A stretch of DNA of 64,000 nucleotides from Piscirickettsiaceae bacterium (GCA_013215775.1 JABSQO010000008.1:1128-65127); one strand, 5' to 3'; shown: positions 26,304 to 38,131, counted from the stretch's first letter. The notes: generated by a model from the letters alone, not told the origin. Translations and numbers: made by a program.

Positions 26304-27418
26304 GCTTCATCATCCTCAGCATAGCCGACAAGCTCTAAGCCAAAACCAGATAGTCCTGTTAATTTTGTAGGCGTACCCATCACCCGCATTTTTTTCACAC
26401 CCAGATCCGATAATATCTGTGCGCCAACCCCAAATGTTCTTAAATCCCAACTCAATGAAGTTGTTGGTGTTACATCGCCCCGATCTTGTTGCTCATATCG
26501 CTCAACTTTAGCTGCCAATTGTTTGTTTTGTTGTGGTTGGCGTAATACCACCAGCACACCTTTTCCTGCCTGTTGAATCTGAGTCATTACTTTGGACAAT
26601 GGCCAATGACCAGGCTCGCGTGTTGCTCCCAATAAATCATTTAAAGGATCAGCCATATGCACCCGAACTAACGTTTCTTCATCGGCAGTAATATCACCAG
26701 CAACTAACGCCAAATGTACCTGACCATTAACTGTATCTTGGAAACTATACAATTTAAACTCACCATGCTCTGTCGGCATATGACATTCTGATAACCGTTG
26801 CACTGTCATTTCGTTCTCAAGACGATAACTGATCAAGTCTGCAATGGTGCCTATCTTTAAATCATGTATTTTAGCAAACTCTTCTAAATCGGAACGGCGT
26901 GCCATGCTGCCATCTTCATTAAGAATCTCAACAATAACAGCTGAAGGATCTTTCCCTGCCAATTGTGCCAAATCACAACCCGCTTCGGTATGTCCAGCAC
27001 GTGTTAACACTCCACCTAATTGAGCTTTAAGAGGAAAGATATGCCCTGGTTGAACGACATCTTCTGGCTTTGCATCACGATTAACTGCTGCTTGGATAGT
27101 GACGGCACGATCCGCAGCTGAAATACCTGTTGTAACACCCTGAGCAGCTTCAATAGACACGGTGAAATTCGTTTCATAACTGGTTTGATTATCAGAAACC
27201 ATTAAAGCTAGGCGTAGTTTACGGCAACGTTGTTCTGTTAAGGTCAAACAGATTAAGCCACGTCCAAACCGAGCCATAAAATTAATTGCTTCCGCAGTGA
27301 CACATTCAGCGGCCATCACCAGATCGCCTTCATTTTCTCGGTCTTCATCATCCATGATAATGACCATTTTGCCTTGTTTCAAATCAGCCAGAATTTCAGC
27401 TGTAGTATTTAATTTCAT
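26300..27418 (-). CDS. ribB: 3,4-dihydroxy-2-butanone-4-phosphate synthase fused to a degenerate GTP-cyclohydrolase-II-like domain (RibBX type)
   Basis: 372 aa. The N-terminal DHBPS domain is intact (MDDEDRENEGDLVMAAE, GHTEAG). The C-terminal domain reads LVRVHMADPLNDLLGATREPGHWPL where active RibA has the Zn-binding Cys cluster. Confidence 0.85.
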   Translation of the reverse strand: MKLNTTAEILADLKQGKMVIIMDDEDRENEGDLVMAAECVTAEAINFMARFGRGLICLTLTEQRCRKLRLALMVSDNQTSYETNFTVSIEAAQGVTTGISAADRAVTIQAAVNRDAKPEDVVQPGHIFPLKAQLGGVLTRAGHTEAGCDLAQLAGKDPSAVIVEILNEDGSMARRSDLEEFAKIHDLKIGTIADLISYRLENEMTVQRLSECHMPTEHGEFKLYSFQDTVNGQVHLALVAGDITADEETLVRVHMADPLNDLLGATREPGHWPLSKVMTQIQQAGKGVLVVLRQPQQNKQLAAKVERYEQQDRGDVTPTTSLSWDLRTFGVGAQILSDLGVKKMRVMGTPTKLTGLSGFGLELVGYAEDDEA

Positions 27419-28068
27419 TATTTTAGGAATCCGTGTTTAAGCAGTGTTTCTTTGGTAATAGCCGTAGCCGTACCTTGTTGTTGTGGCAATAATCGTTCTA
27501 GGTAACGTGCAATCAAATCAACTTCGAGATTTATTTTGGTGCCGACACTATAACTACTCATAATTGTCTCTTGCATAGTGTGAGGAATAATATTTACTTC
27601 AAACCAATTATCCGCTACGTTATTCACCGTCAAACTAGTGCCATCAATGCAAATCGAACCTTTTTCAGCAATATATCGTTCTAAACCAGCAGGTACTTCA
27701 ATACGAAATATAACTGAGCGTGCAGATTCTTGTTTTGAGACTACCTTACCCAAACCATCAACATGACCGCTGACAAAATGTCCTCCTAAACGATCACCCA
27801 CCGCTAATGCCTTCTCTAGATTTATTGCTGAACCTGATTCCACATTACCCAAGCTAGTGCGTTCAAGGCTTTCGCGTGACACATCAAAACTCAGTGTAGC
27901 ATTGCTTATATCAACTACAGTCAGACAAACACCATTAACCGCCACACTGTCACCTAATGACACATCAGATAAATCCAAATTTTCTGTTGCCACTTGTAAG
28001 CGTAGATCGCCCCCTTTGGGCTGAACTACTTCTATCTTTCCTATTGCAGCGATAATGCCGGTAAACAT
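27418..28068 (-). CDS. ribE: Riboflavin synthase (alpha chain)
   Basis: 216 aa. MFTGIIAAIGKI start and the duplicated lumazine-binding barrel (VNGVCLTV / IDGTSLTV). Confidence 0.92.
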   Translation of the reverse strand: MFTGIIAAIGKIEVVQPKGGDLRLQVATENLDLSDVSLGDSVAVNGVCLTVVDISNATLSFDVSRESLERTSLGNVESGSAINLEKALAVGDRLGGHFVSGHVDGLGKVVSKQESARSVIFRIEVPAGLERYIAEKGSICIDGTSLTVNNVADNWFEVNIIPHTMQETIMSSYSVGTKINLEVDLIARYLERLLPQQQGTATAITKETLLKHGFLK

Positions 28069-28069
28069 C

Positions 28070-29170
28070 TTATATTCTCTCGTTATATTCTGGTGTTGCT
28101 GTTATACGCCAATCTTTGCCAACTGCTCGTATATCGGTAATGTTCAAATCAATATTTTGTGCCATCGTTTGTAAGTCTGGCAAGTGAAATAATCCTTTCG
28201 CTGAATCTCCCATTAATTTAGGTGCCATATAGATAACTATTTCATCAATTAAATTCGCTTTTAATAATGCGCCATTTAATACTGCCCCCGCCTCAACCAT
28301 CACTTCATTTATCTCACGCTGTGCTAATTCTGCCATTAATGCGCTTAGATCAACCTGATTATCATTCGTTGGTAAACTAATTACTTCTGCTTTAAGGGCT
28401 GGTTTAGAAGCAATTGCGCTGGCAATCAAAATATCACCATCATGTTTAAATATCTTAGCCTGATCAGATATCTGTAATTGACTATCAACGATAACTCGTA
28501 GCGGCTGTCTAACAACTTGATTATCAGGATACCAATCACCCTCAGGTCTCACTGTTAATGAAGGGTCATCCGCAATTACTGTACCAATACCCGTTAAAAT
28601 AGCCGAACTTTGTGCCCGTATTTTTTGCACATCCTGTCGTGCAGCGACTCCCGTTATCCACTGGCTTTCGCCCGAAGTCATTGCTGTTCTACCATCAAGA
28701 CTCATGGCTATTTTAGTTCGCACATACGGACGGCCTAATCGCATACGTTGGCAAAATCCAGCATTCAGTTTTTCTGCTTGTTGCTCTAATATTCCGACAA
28801 CAACCTCAATCCCCGCATTGTTTAATTTCTCAATACCCTTGCCAGCAACCAATGGATTAGGATCCTTCATCGCAATAAAAACACGTTTCACACCAGACTT
28901 TATCAACGCATCAGCACATGGAGCAGTACGCCCTGTATGACTACAAGGTTCCAAGCTCACATAACAATCTGCACCTTTGGCTTGTTCATCAGCATCTTGC
29001 AAGGCGTTAACTTCTGCATGAGCCTCACCAGCACGTCGGTGCCATCCCTCACCAATGATCTGTTCATTTTTCACCAGAACACAACCTACGCGGGGATTGG
29101 GGTCAGTTGTAAAAAGCCCGCGCTCTGCTAATTGCAAGGCACGGGCCATATATTGTTCATGAAATGACAT
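28070..29170 (-). CDS. ribD: Bifunctional riboflavin biosynthesis deaminase/reductase
   Basis: 366 aa. Deaminase Zn site HAEVNAL...PCSHTGRTAPC, followed by the reductase domain. Confidence 0.92.
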   Translation of the reverse strand: MSFHEQYMARALQLAERGLFTTDPNPRVGCVLVKNEQIIGEGWHRRAGEAHAEVNALQDADEQAKGADCYVSLEPCSHTGRTAPCADALIKSGVKRVFIAMKDPNPLVAGKGIEKLNNAGIEVVVGILEQQAEKLNAGFCQRMRLGRPYVRTKIAMSLDGRTAMTSGESQWITGVAARQDVQKIRAQSSAILTGIGTVIADDPSLTVRPEGDWYPDNQVVRQPLRVIVDSQLQISDQAKIFKHDGDILIASAIASKPALKAEVISLPTNDNQVDLSALMAELAQREINEVMVEAGAVLNGALLKANLIDEIVIYMAPKLMGDSAKGLFHLPDLQTMAQNIDLNITDIRAVGKDWRITATPEYNERI

Positions 29171-29172
29171 GA

Positions 29173-29394
29173 CTAGACCTTATTATGACGGTCCCGACAG
29201 CGGGGGCAAATATGTTCGCCATCTTCAAACAACCAGTCCCATTCAAGTGCTTCATCTAATGGCCCTTCAAACCAAGAACGACCATCCGTGACTCTTCGAC
29301 CATCTATATCACCACGTATAGTACTTCTCTGTTGTTCGATATAACGAACACCCTGAGGATTGCAGATATCACAGAAAATAATCACTCGAAGCAT
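29173..29394 (-). CDS. Small Cys4 (zinc-ribbon-like) protein of unknown function
   Basis: 73 aa. CDIC at residues 8-11 and CPRC at 63-66. It is wedged between nrdR (4-nt gap) and ribD (2-nt gap), so it is very likely co-transcribed. Confidence 0.55.
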   Translation of the reverse strand: MLRVIIFCDICNPQGVRYIEQQRSTIRGDIDGRRVTDGRSWFEGPLDEALEWDWLFEDGEHICPRCRDRHNKV

Positions 29395-29398
29395 AGTT

Positions 29399-29872
29399 CT
29401 ATTCCTTAGTTACTTGTTCGGTACGATTCTTCATTCGCTCAATTTCTTCATGAAATGCATTTACATCCTGAAAACTTCGATAAACTGATGCAAAACGAAC
29501 ATACGCCACTTCATCCAATTCATGCAAGGCATCCATTACCCAATCACCCACTAAACGGCTTTCTACCTCACGATCACCCGTAGCAATCAAACGTCGTATA
29601 ATGCCTCTTACAGCACTATCAATCGCGTTAATACTAACAGGTCTTTTTTCCAATGCTTTTAAAAAGCCTGATCGTAACTTATCTTCAGAAAAAACTGCTC
29701 TAGATTTATCACGTTTAATCAATCTAGGTAACGTTAATTCAGCGGTTTCATACGTTGTGAAACGCTCATTACATTCCGTACAACTACGGCGCCGACGAAT
29801 GGCATCCCCTTCCGCAGAAAGGCGTGAATCGATTACTTTAGAATCATCAGCACCACAAAAAGGACAACGCAT
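29399..29872 (-). CDS. nrdR: Transcriptional repressor NrdR
   Basis: 157 aa. MRCPFCG...[12 protein letters not shown] zinc ribbon plus an ATP-cone. Confidence 0.93.
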   Translation of the reverse strand: MRCPFCGADDSKVIDSRLSAEGDAIRRRRSCTECNERFTTYETAELTLPRLIKRDKSRAVFSEDKLRSGFLKALEKRPVSINAIDSAVRGIIRRLIATGDREVESRLVGDWVMDALHELDEVAYVRFASVYRSFQDVNAFHEEIERMKNRTEQVTKE

Positions 29873-29886
29873 AAATCTTATTAGCC

Positions 29887-31143
29887 TTAGTTATTGTAGA
29901 CAGGAAGTTTCTGGCAGACCACTAACACCTTAGCCTTAACATCCTTGATGATAGTTTCATCACCTCGACCATCAATCACATCACACATCCATGTTGCCAA
30001 ATCTTGACACTCTTTCTCTTTAAAACCACGGGTCGTCACTGCTGGCGTACCAATACGAATTCCCGATGTGACAAAAGGAGACTGTGGATCATTAGGAACT
30101 GCGTTTTTATTGATAGTGATATTTGCATGACCTAACCATGCATCCACCTCTTTACCAGTCAAGCCTGCTTCAATAAAACTCACCAAAAATAGATGATCAT
30201 CTGTACCTTTTGAAACTACATCATAACCACGTGCCATAAATACTTCGGCCATCACACGAGCATTTTTCACCACTTGCTGCTGGTAGATACGAAATTCTGG
30301 CAACATTGCTTCTTTAAACGAAACAGCTTTAGCAGCAATCACATGCATTAATGGACCACCCTGAAAACCAGGAAATACAGCCGAATTCAGCTTTTTCTCA
30401 ATTTCTGGATTCGCTTTTGCTAATATTAAACCACCTCGTGGGCCGCGAAGAGTTTTATGCGTTGTCGTCGTTGTGACGTCCGCTATTTGCACTGGACTAG
30501 GATATTCACCAGCAGCGATTAAACCTGCGACATGAGCCATATCAACGAGTAAATAGGCACCAATGGAATCGGCAATATCACGAAAACGTTGCCAATCAAC
30601 AATACGAGAATAAGCAGAAAAGCCAGCAATCAACATTTTAGGCTGGTGTTCGTTGGCTAAACGTTCAACTTCATCATAATCAATTTCACCCGTATCAGCG
30701 TTCAGTCCATAAGAGACTGAATTATAAAATTTACCTGAAGCACTAACTTTAGATCCATGAGTTAAATGACCACCATGGGCTAAGCTCATGCCTAGGATAG
30801 TATCACCCGGTTGTAATAGGGCTAAATAAACAGCAGCATTGGCTTGTGAACCTGAATGTGGCTGTACATTGGCATAATCAGCACCAAATAATTCCTTGGC
30901 GCGGTCAATCGCTAATTGTTCTGCAAGATCAACATACTCACAACCACCGTAGTAACGTTTGCTCGGGTAACCTTCAGCATATTTATTAGTTAATGACGAG
31001 CCTTGTGCTTCCATAACACGTGGGCTGGTGTAGTTTTCAGACGCGATCAATTCAATATGATCTTCTTGACGTTGGTTCTCAGCTTCAATCGCTTGAAACA
31101 ACTCATCATCAAAACCAGCAATAGTCATGTTTTTCTTGTACAC
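29887..31143 (-). CDS. glyA: Serine hydroxymethyltransferase
   Basis: 418 aa. [10 protein letters not shown] and the PLP-lysine motif [14 protein letters not shown]. Confidence 0.95.
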   Translation of the reverse strand: MYKKNMTIAGFDDELFQAIEAENQRQEDHIELIASENYTSPRVMEAQGSSLTNKYAEGYPSKRYYGGCEYVDLAEQLAIDRAKELFGADYANVQPHSGSQANAAVYLALLQPGDTILGMSLAHGGHLTHGSKVSASGKFYNSVSYGLNADTGEIDYDEVERLANEHQPKMLIAGFSAYSRIVDWQRFRDIADSIGAYLLVDMAHVAGLIAAGEYPSPVQIADVTTTTTHKTLRGPRGGLILAKANPEIEKKLNSAVFPGFQGGPLMHVIAAKAVSFKEAMLPEFRIYQQQVVKNARVMAEVFMARGYDVVSKGTDDHLFLVSFIEAGLTGKEVDAWLGHANITINKNAVPNDPQSPFVTSGIRIGTPAVTTRGFKEKECQDLATWMCDVIDGRGDETIIKDVKAKVLVVCQKLPVYNN

Positions 31144-31253
31144 AGATTCCCCCTGTTTCTACTGTAGAATTAACGATATATTCTATCTCACTACGCGCTA
31201 AGCATCTATGTCGTAGTCATTTTTTTGCATTTACCTTATGGATTTGATTTTTT

Positions 31254-32114
31254 ATGAATATATCATTGATCGGAATAGGACTGATGGGACAAGCTTTAGG
31301 GGAGCATCTACTTGCTGAAAATCATACCTTAACCGTCTTTAATCGAAGTCCTGAAAAAGTAATTAAATTACAACAACAAGGTGCACTTATTGCAAGCTCC
31401 GCGCAAGATGCCGTCCAGTCAAGTGACTTTTGTCTGTTGATGTTAAGTGATGCTGATGCAATTAATGCCATCCTTGATAGCATCGAACCAGATACTTTTA
31501 CCCATAAAATGATTATTCAAATGGGCACTATTTCACCTGATGAATCTCGATCTATTGCCAAACGTATTACTAATTATAGCGGTCGCTATTTAGAATGCCC
31601 TGTCTTAGGTAGCCTTCCTGAAGCACGATCTGGCACATTAATTCTTATGGCTGGAGGCAGTGATGATGATTATCAAACCGCATTACCTTTACTCACCATC
31701 ATTGGTAAAGAACCCCAGCACATTGGTAGGGTTGGGCAAGGGTCTACAGTTAAACTTGCTATGAATCAATTAATTGCAGGGCTAACATCAAGCTTTGCAT
31801 TAAGTTTGGCTTTGGTCGAGAAAGAGGATATTGAAACCGAGCAGTTTATGAAGATTGTCCGTGACAGCGCGCTGTATGCTTCCACCTTTGATAAGAAACT
31901 GGAGCGGATGTTAAAACGCGATTTTTCAAACCCAAATTTCCCAACCAAACACTTGGCGAAAGATACCAAATTGTTTTTATCCGTTGCTCAGCAATTAGGA
32001 CTAGAAACTTGTGCATTAAAAGGGATTGATAAATTATTGGATAAAACCTTAGAGCAAGGTTTGGCTAATACAGATTATTCTGCACTTTATTCTGGTATTT
32101 CTAAACCTAAGTGA
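31254..32114 (+). CDS. NAD(P)-dependent oxidoreductase, 3-hydroxyisobutyrate/6-phosphogluconate dehydrogenase-like family
   Basis: 286 aa. Rossmann start ISLIGIGLMGQALGEHL and the family core GSTVKLAMNQL. Substrate not assignable. Confidence 0.7.
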   Translation: MNISLIGIGLMGQALGEHLLAENHTLTVFNRSPEKVIKLQQQGALIASSAQDAVQSSDFCLLMLSDADAINAILDSIEPDTFTHKMIIQMGTISPDESRSIAKRITNYSGRYLECPVLGSLPEARSGTLILMAGGSDDDYQTALPLLTIIGKEPQHIGRVGQGSTVKLAMNQLIAGLTSSFALSLALVEKEDIETEQFMKIVRDSALYASTFDKKLERMLKRDFSNPNFPTKHLAKDTKLFLSVAQQLGLETCALKGIDKLLDKTLEQGLANTDYSALYSGISKPK

Positions 32115-32120
32115 CTGAAT

Positions 32121-32148
32121 AAAAATGCCCTTTTATAAGGGCATTTTT
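32121..32148. terminator. Bidirectional rho-independent terminator between convergent genes
   Basis: aaaaatgccctt (32121-32132), loop ttat, aagggcattttt (32137-32148). The A/T runs on both sides give a U-tract on either strand. Confidence 0.7.
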
Positions 32149-32167
32149 GAATCATGAAATCACGTGA

Positions 32168-33505
<1,338 letters not shown>

Positions 33506-33522
33506 TCACGCGGCCGAATTGA

Positions 33523-34638
33523 TTATTTACTATCAGGAAGTTGATAAATAACAACTTCACCCTGACTACGTAATTGTTCTATTTTTTGTTTCTGTGCATC
33601 ATCATCAGACCATTCAACAGATGTCACTGGTTTATTTTCACCATCACTGACAAAATGATTGGCAATGGCTTTTAAATCCAAACTAAAACCTGTTGCAGGT
33701 TGAGCATGCCCAAAATCCTTGCCAATATCATCGTAGCGACCACCTAATGCAATCGCATTCGAACTACCTGTTTGATAAGCTGCAAACACCACACCTGTGT
33801 GGTAGTGATAACCTCGCAATTCTGCAAGATCAAAATTGATCACAACATTAGGAAGACGTGTAGCGATTAAATCAGCAACTATTTGTAGTGTTTCTAATGC
33901 TTGTTGTACCGGTTGAGAAGCCTTGTTTAACACCTGTTTCGCTTGTTGCAAAACATCACTACCACCATTTAATTCAGCCAAAGCTAGTAACATCGAATGA
34001 TGATCCGTCGATAATTTATATTCAGTCAATAACGTTTCTATTTCTGGTAATGCTTTTCGCTGTAAAACTAAAAATAAATCTTGTTCCTGTTCTGCACTTA
34101 AACCAGAATCCTGAGCAAGGCCACGGTAAATGCCAACATGGCCAATATCCAATAATAATTCAGGATTAAGCCCTGCAGTGGTTAACATCTCAATCATTAA
34201 CTGCAAAATTTCCATATCACTTTCAGGGCCCGCATGACCATATATCTCTGCTCCTAACTGAATAGGATTACGAGAAGTGCCCTGTCCTTGCGGTAAAGTG
34301 TGCAAGACATTTCCAATATAGCAAAGTCGCAGTACATCATCATGATCACGTAAGTTATGTGCGGCAATGCGTGCTACTTGCGGTGTCATGTCAGCCCGGA
34401 TTCCCAGTAAACGCCCAGACATCTGATCAGTCAGCTTGAACGTTTGTAAATCAAGCGCCTTACCTGTTCCTGTTAACAACGAATCAAGATATTCCACTAA
34501 AGGTGGAAATACTAATTGATAACCCCAGCTTTGCATTCTATCAAGCAGATTACGTCGTAGCATTTCAAGTTGTGCTGCTTGTTGAGGCATTAATTCGTCA
34601 ATACCTTCTGGTAGCAACCAACGTTCTTTTAAACTCAT
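33523..34638 (-). CDS. hisZ: ATP phosphoribosyltransferase regulatory subunit (HisRS paralogue)
   Basis: 371 aa. HisRS-like core without an anticodon-binding domain. It sits in the conserved hflKC-DUF2065-hisZ-purA arrangement. Confidence 0.8.
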   Translation of the reverse strand: MSLKERWLLPEGIDELMPQQAAQLEMLRRNLLDRMQSWGYQLVFPPLVEYLDSLLTGTGKALDLQTFKLTDQMSGRLLGIRADMTPQVARIAAHNLRDHDDVLRLCYIGNVLHTLPQGQGTSRNPIQLGAEIYGHAGPESDMEILQLMIEMLTTAGLNPELLLDIGHVGIYRGLAQDSGLSAEQEQDLFLVLQRKALPEIETLLTEYKLSTDHHSMLLALAELNGGSDVLQQAKQVLNKASQPVQQALETLQIVADLIATRLPNVVINFDLAELRGYHYHTGVVFAAYQTGSSNAIALGGRYDDIGKDFGHAQPATGFSLDLKAIANHFVSDGENKPVTSVEWSDDDAQKQKIEQLRSQGEVVIYQLPDSK

Positions 34639-34642
34639 GTAA

Positions 34643-34840
34643 TTAATTTACCCAATAAAGTAAAGCAACACCTAAAGCCATACTAAACAGGCCAATAGCT
34701 CTTAGCTGCCGATCATTCATGCTTGCCATTTGTGCCAGTGCTTTTCGAAATGTAGATGGACCCATGAAGGGCATAAACCCTTCAATGACTAACATTAATG
34801 CTATTGCAACCCATAGACCTTGTACTAAGCTTTCATTCAC
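34643..34840 (-). CDS. Small membrane protein, DUF2065 family
   Basis: 65 aa with two TM helices. It occupies the conserved position between hflC and hisZ. Confidence 0.65.
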   Translation of the reverse strand: MNESLVQGLWVAIALMLVIEGFMPFMGPSTFRKALAQMASMNDRQLRAIGLFSMALGVALLYWVN

Positions 34841-34847
34841 TTAGTGC

Positions 34848-35711
34848 TTAGTCTTCAGGGCCACTAAAGCTATCAAAGAACGCACCTTTCGGCTCAATCA
34901 CCAACATATCATTGCCATTAAACACATTTTTATAGGCATTTAAACGGCGATAGAAGCCATAAAACTCCTCATTTTTCCCATAAGCTTGAGCATAAATATC
35001 GGTCGCTTTCGCATCACCATTACCACGTATTTGCTCCGCTTTTTTCTCTGCTTCAGCCAACACGGTGATTCTTTCTCTATCTGCTCTTGATTTGATAGAT
35101 TCTGCTTGTTCAGCACCTTCAGCACGTGTTTCATTGGCTTCTTGCAAACGCTCAGTCCGCATTCTAAGATACACTGCCTCATTGATATCTTTAGGAAAAT
35201 CAATTCGTTTGATACGAATATTAACCACTTCTATACCAAAATCCTTAGCACTTTCATTGGCTTGTTCCAATATTTGTGCCACCATCGTTGTTCGATCACC
35301 AGCCACTACTTCATGAACTGTTCGCGTAGCAAATGCATCACGGAGACCATTATTAACAATATGGAATAACCGTGAGCTTGCTAGACGCTGATCACCACTC
35401 ACTGCGGTGTAATAAAGGCTGGTATCAACAATTTTCCATAATAAAAAAGAATCGACTAATAAGTTTTTATTTCTACCTGTTAGATAATTCTCAGGTTTGG
35501 CATCAATCGTCAAAATACGACCGTCAAAACGTTTGATCTCTTCAAAACCCGGCACTTTGAAATGGATACCCGGTGCAAGATCTGCCTGTTTTATTTCACC
35601 CAAACGAAGTAATAAAACGCGCTCACGTTGATCAACAAAAAATACTGTCGAACTAAATATAACAAAGGCTAAAAAAGCCAAAAAGATACCTAAATTTATA
35701 CGTGAAGACAT
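34848..35711 (-). CDS. hflC: Protease modulator HflC
   Basis: SPFH/band-7 domain. I prefer the ATG at 35711 (MSSRINLGIF...), 1 nt after the hflK stop, over the track start at 35741, which overlaps hflK by 29 nt. Confidence 0.88.
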   Translation of the reverse strand: MSSRINLGIFLAFLAFVIFSSTVFFVDQRERVLLLRLGEIKQADLAPGIHFKVPGFEEIKRFDGRILTIDAKPENYLTGRNKNLLVDSFLLWKIVDTSLYYTAVSGDQRLASSRLFHIVNNGLRDAFATRTVHEVVAGDRTTMVAQILEQANESAKDFGIEVVNIRIKRIDFPKDINEAVYLRMRTERLQEANETRAEGAEQAESIKSRADRERITVLAEAEKKAEQIRGNGDAKATDIYAQAYGKNEEFYGFYRRLNAYKNVFNGNDMLVIEPKGAFFDSFSGPED

Positions 35712-35712
35712 A

Positions 35713-36894
35713 TTAACGGCCCCCTCTACTGCGTACATCATCTCGTGCTGATGAACTGGTTGACGTTGTGTTTGTCGATGGGTAAGCAGTCATATTGCTC
35801 AAGTCGATACGTGTCGGTGACAATGATGTTCCACCACGCATTCTATCTAAAGGAAGATACAACACATTATTACTATCCTTTGATACATCAACTAAGACTT
35901 TTTGACTACGACTATAAACTAATTCCATTGTGTCTAAATACAAACGTTCTTTAGTAATTGCCGGTGCTTTTTCATATTCGTTCAGCACTTGTAAAAAACG
36001 ACTGGTTTCACCCTCTGCCTTGGCGACAATTTGATTTTTATAAGCTTCAGCTTCTTGTTCTATTCGAACTGCCTTACCACGTGCTCTTGGCACAATATCT
36101 TTCGCATAGGCTGATGCCTCATTGATTTGGCTTTCCTTATCTGCATCCGCTTTTACAACATCGGCAAATGCTGATTGTACTTGTGGTGGAGGTTGAATAT
36201 CAGGCATATTAAAGTTGGTCACCACTAAACCCGTGCCATAAGCTACTAATAATTCTTGCAATGCTACTTCAGCTTTTTGGGACATCGCCGCACGACCTGT
36301 TTTGAATACTTCATCCATTGTCGTTTTACCAACAATTTCTCGTACCGCACTTTCTGTCATCTGACGTAGCGTCAAATCAGGATTGACCACATTAAACAGA
36401 TATTTAGCCGCATCTTCAACGTGGAACTGTACTTCAACTTTGAGTTCAACAATATTTTCATCTCTAGTCAACATTAGTGCTTCAGATGAAACGCTGCCAC
36501 CACTTTGACCAAAACCAATCGTTGACGTTCTAATCTGTGCGACATCGACTTTCTCAACTGATTCTATTGGATAAGGTAGATGCCAATGAGGTCCAGGCAA
36601 TGTCGTTTGTGTATACGCGCCAAAACGAAGCTCTACACCACGTTGCGCAGGTTGCACAATATACCAACCCGAAATCAGCCAAACAACAAAAATAACGAGT
36701 AATATTAGTCCAACACCAATTGAACCAGCATTACCCCCTGATGAGCTATTACCACCTTTTGAAGAATTGCCACCAAATAATCCAGCTAGTTTGCGCTGCA
36801 TATTTCCAATAATCTCATCAAGATCCGGTGGTCCATCATTACCACGTTTGCCCCAAGGGTCTTTATCACCATTACCAGGTTCATTCCAAGCCAT
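35713..36894 (-). CDS. hflK: Protease modulator HflK
   Basis: 393 aa. MAWNEPGNGDKDPWG start, Gly/Ser-rich linker, one TM and an SPFH domain. Confidence 0.9.
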   Translation of the reverse strand: MAWNEPGNGDKDPWGKRGNDGPPDLDEIIGNMQRKLAGLFGGNSSKGGNSSSGGNAGSIGVGLILLVIFVVWLISGWYIVQPAQRGVELRFGAYTQTTLPGPHWHLPYPIESVEKVDVAQIRTSTIGFGQSGGSVSSEALMLTRDENIVELKVEVQFHVEDAAKYLFNVVNPDLTLRQMTESAVREIVGKTTMDEVFKTGRAAMSQKAEVALQELLVAYGTGLVVTNFNMPDIQPPPQVQSAFADVVKADADKESQINEASAYAKDIVPRARGKAVRIEQEAEAYKNQIVAKAEGETSRFLQVLNEYEKAPAITKERLYLDTMELVYSRSQKVLVDVSKDSNNVLYLPLDRMRGGTSLSPTRIDLSNMTAYPSTNTTSTSSSARDDVRSRGGR

Positions 36895-36979
36895 TTAACT
36901 CTCCAAAATGAGTTTTATAAATTCCAACGTACCTATTCTACGGAGTTAGTCCGCATTAGGAAACTATTGCTTATCGTTA

Positions 36980-38122
36980 TTATCCGAATTCTACTTGCTG
37001 TTCAGGAAAATATTCTTGCAATACTTGCCGTAATAAATCCAAGCCTTCACCTGTCATTGCTGACAACCAGACACGAGTAACCTTGCCATCTTCATTTCGA
37101 TCTATACGCGGTTCATGATCATCAAGCTGATCTATTTTATTGCAGACAATCAATTGTGGCACTTCATCAGCGCCAATTTTCTCTAACACAGAATTCACGT
37201 GATTCATTAAGTCTTCTCTATTAACTGCACCCGCTTCAACAACATGAAGTAATAGTTGAGCCTCTCTTGTTTCTTCTAATGTGGAACTAAATGATTCAAC
37301 CAAATCATGTGGTAAATCTCTAATAAAACCTACCGTATCAGCCATTACTAGCGGCTGAGTTCTTTCCAGCTTCATTCGTCTCAATGTGGGATCTAAGGTC
37401 GCAAACAATCGATCATCAGCATAAACATCTGCGCTAGTTAGCCGATTAAATAAGGTAGATTTACCCATATTGGTATAACCCACTAATGATACAACCGCCA
37501 CATCACTACGTCGCCGTGAACGACGCCCTTGTTCACGTTGCGATTGTACTTTTGCTAAGCGTTTTTTTAAAGATTTAATACGTTTGCCCAATAAGCGACG
37601 ATCTGTTTCTAATTGCGTTTCACCAGGACCTCGCATCCCTATTCCACCTTTTTGTCGTTCAAGGTGAGTCCAACCTCTTACAAGGCGGGTGGATAAATGT
37701 TTTAGTTGGGCAAGCTCAACTTGAAGTTTACCTTCATGAGAGCGTGCACGACGAGCAAATATATCTAAAATCAAACCTGTTCGACCAATCACTCGACACT
37801 CTAGTTTAGCTTCTATATTGCGTTCTTGGCTTGGTGATAAATCATGATTAAACATAACAAGCGCAGCATTGCTTGCCAGAACATGTTCACGAATCTCTTC
37901 AACCTTACCCGAGCCTGCAAAGAATTTAGGATCAGGACGTTGACGATTACCATGGACAATACTGGCAATTTTTGCATTTGTTGAATTCACTAATTCAATA
38001 AATTCTTGCTCAACTTCAGCAAAATCTGGGTTATTAAAATTAAGATGTACCAGTACTACTGCTTCTTTCTGTGAATGCTCTTCAAAAGCGGCCTGTGTCG
38101 TAGGCCGATCAAACAATTCCAT
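36980..38122 (-). CDS. hflX: GTPase HflX
   Basis: 380 aa. LDIFARRARSHEGKLQVELAQLKH, GPGETQLETDRR, G1 motif GYTNMGKST and DTVGF. It is shorter than E. coli HflX at the C-terminus. Confidence 0.92.
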   Translation of the reverse strand: MELFDRPTTQAAFEEHSQKEAVVLVHLNFNNPDFAEVEQEFIELVNSTNAKIASIVHGNRQRPDPKFFAGSGKVEEIREHVLASNAALVMFNHDLSPSQERNIEAKLECRVIGRTGLILDIFARRARSHEGKLQVELAQLKHLSTRLVRGWTHLERQKGGIGMRGPGETQLETDRRLLGKRIKSLKKRLAKVQSQREQGRRSRRRSDVAVVSLVGYTNMGKSTLFNRLTSADVYADDRLFATLDPTLRRMKLERTQPLVMADTVGFIRDLPHDLVESFSSTLEETREAQLLLHVVEAGAVNREDLMNHVNSVLEKIGADEVPQLIVCNKIDQLDDHEPRIDRNEDGKVTRVWLSAMTGEGLDLLRQVLQEYFPEQQVEFG

Positions 38123-38131
38123 GCAATGCCT

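Noticed and set aside
27418-29886. I looked for an FMN riboswitch ahead of the rib genes.
   Set aside because: The rib genes are packed behind glyA, nrdR and the small ORF with gaps of 0-14 nt. That leaves no room for an aptamer of ~150 nt, and I saw no conserved FMN-element core.
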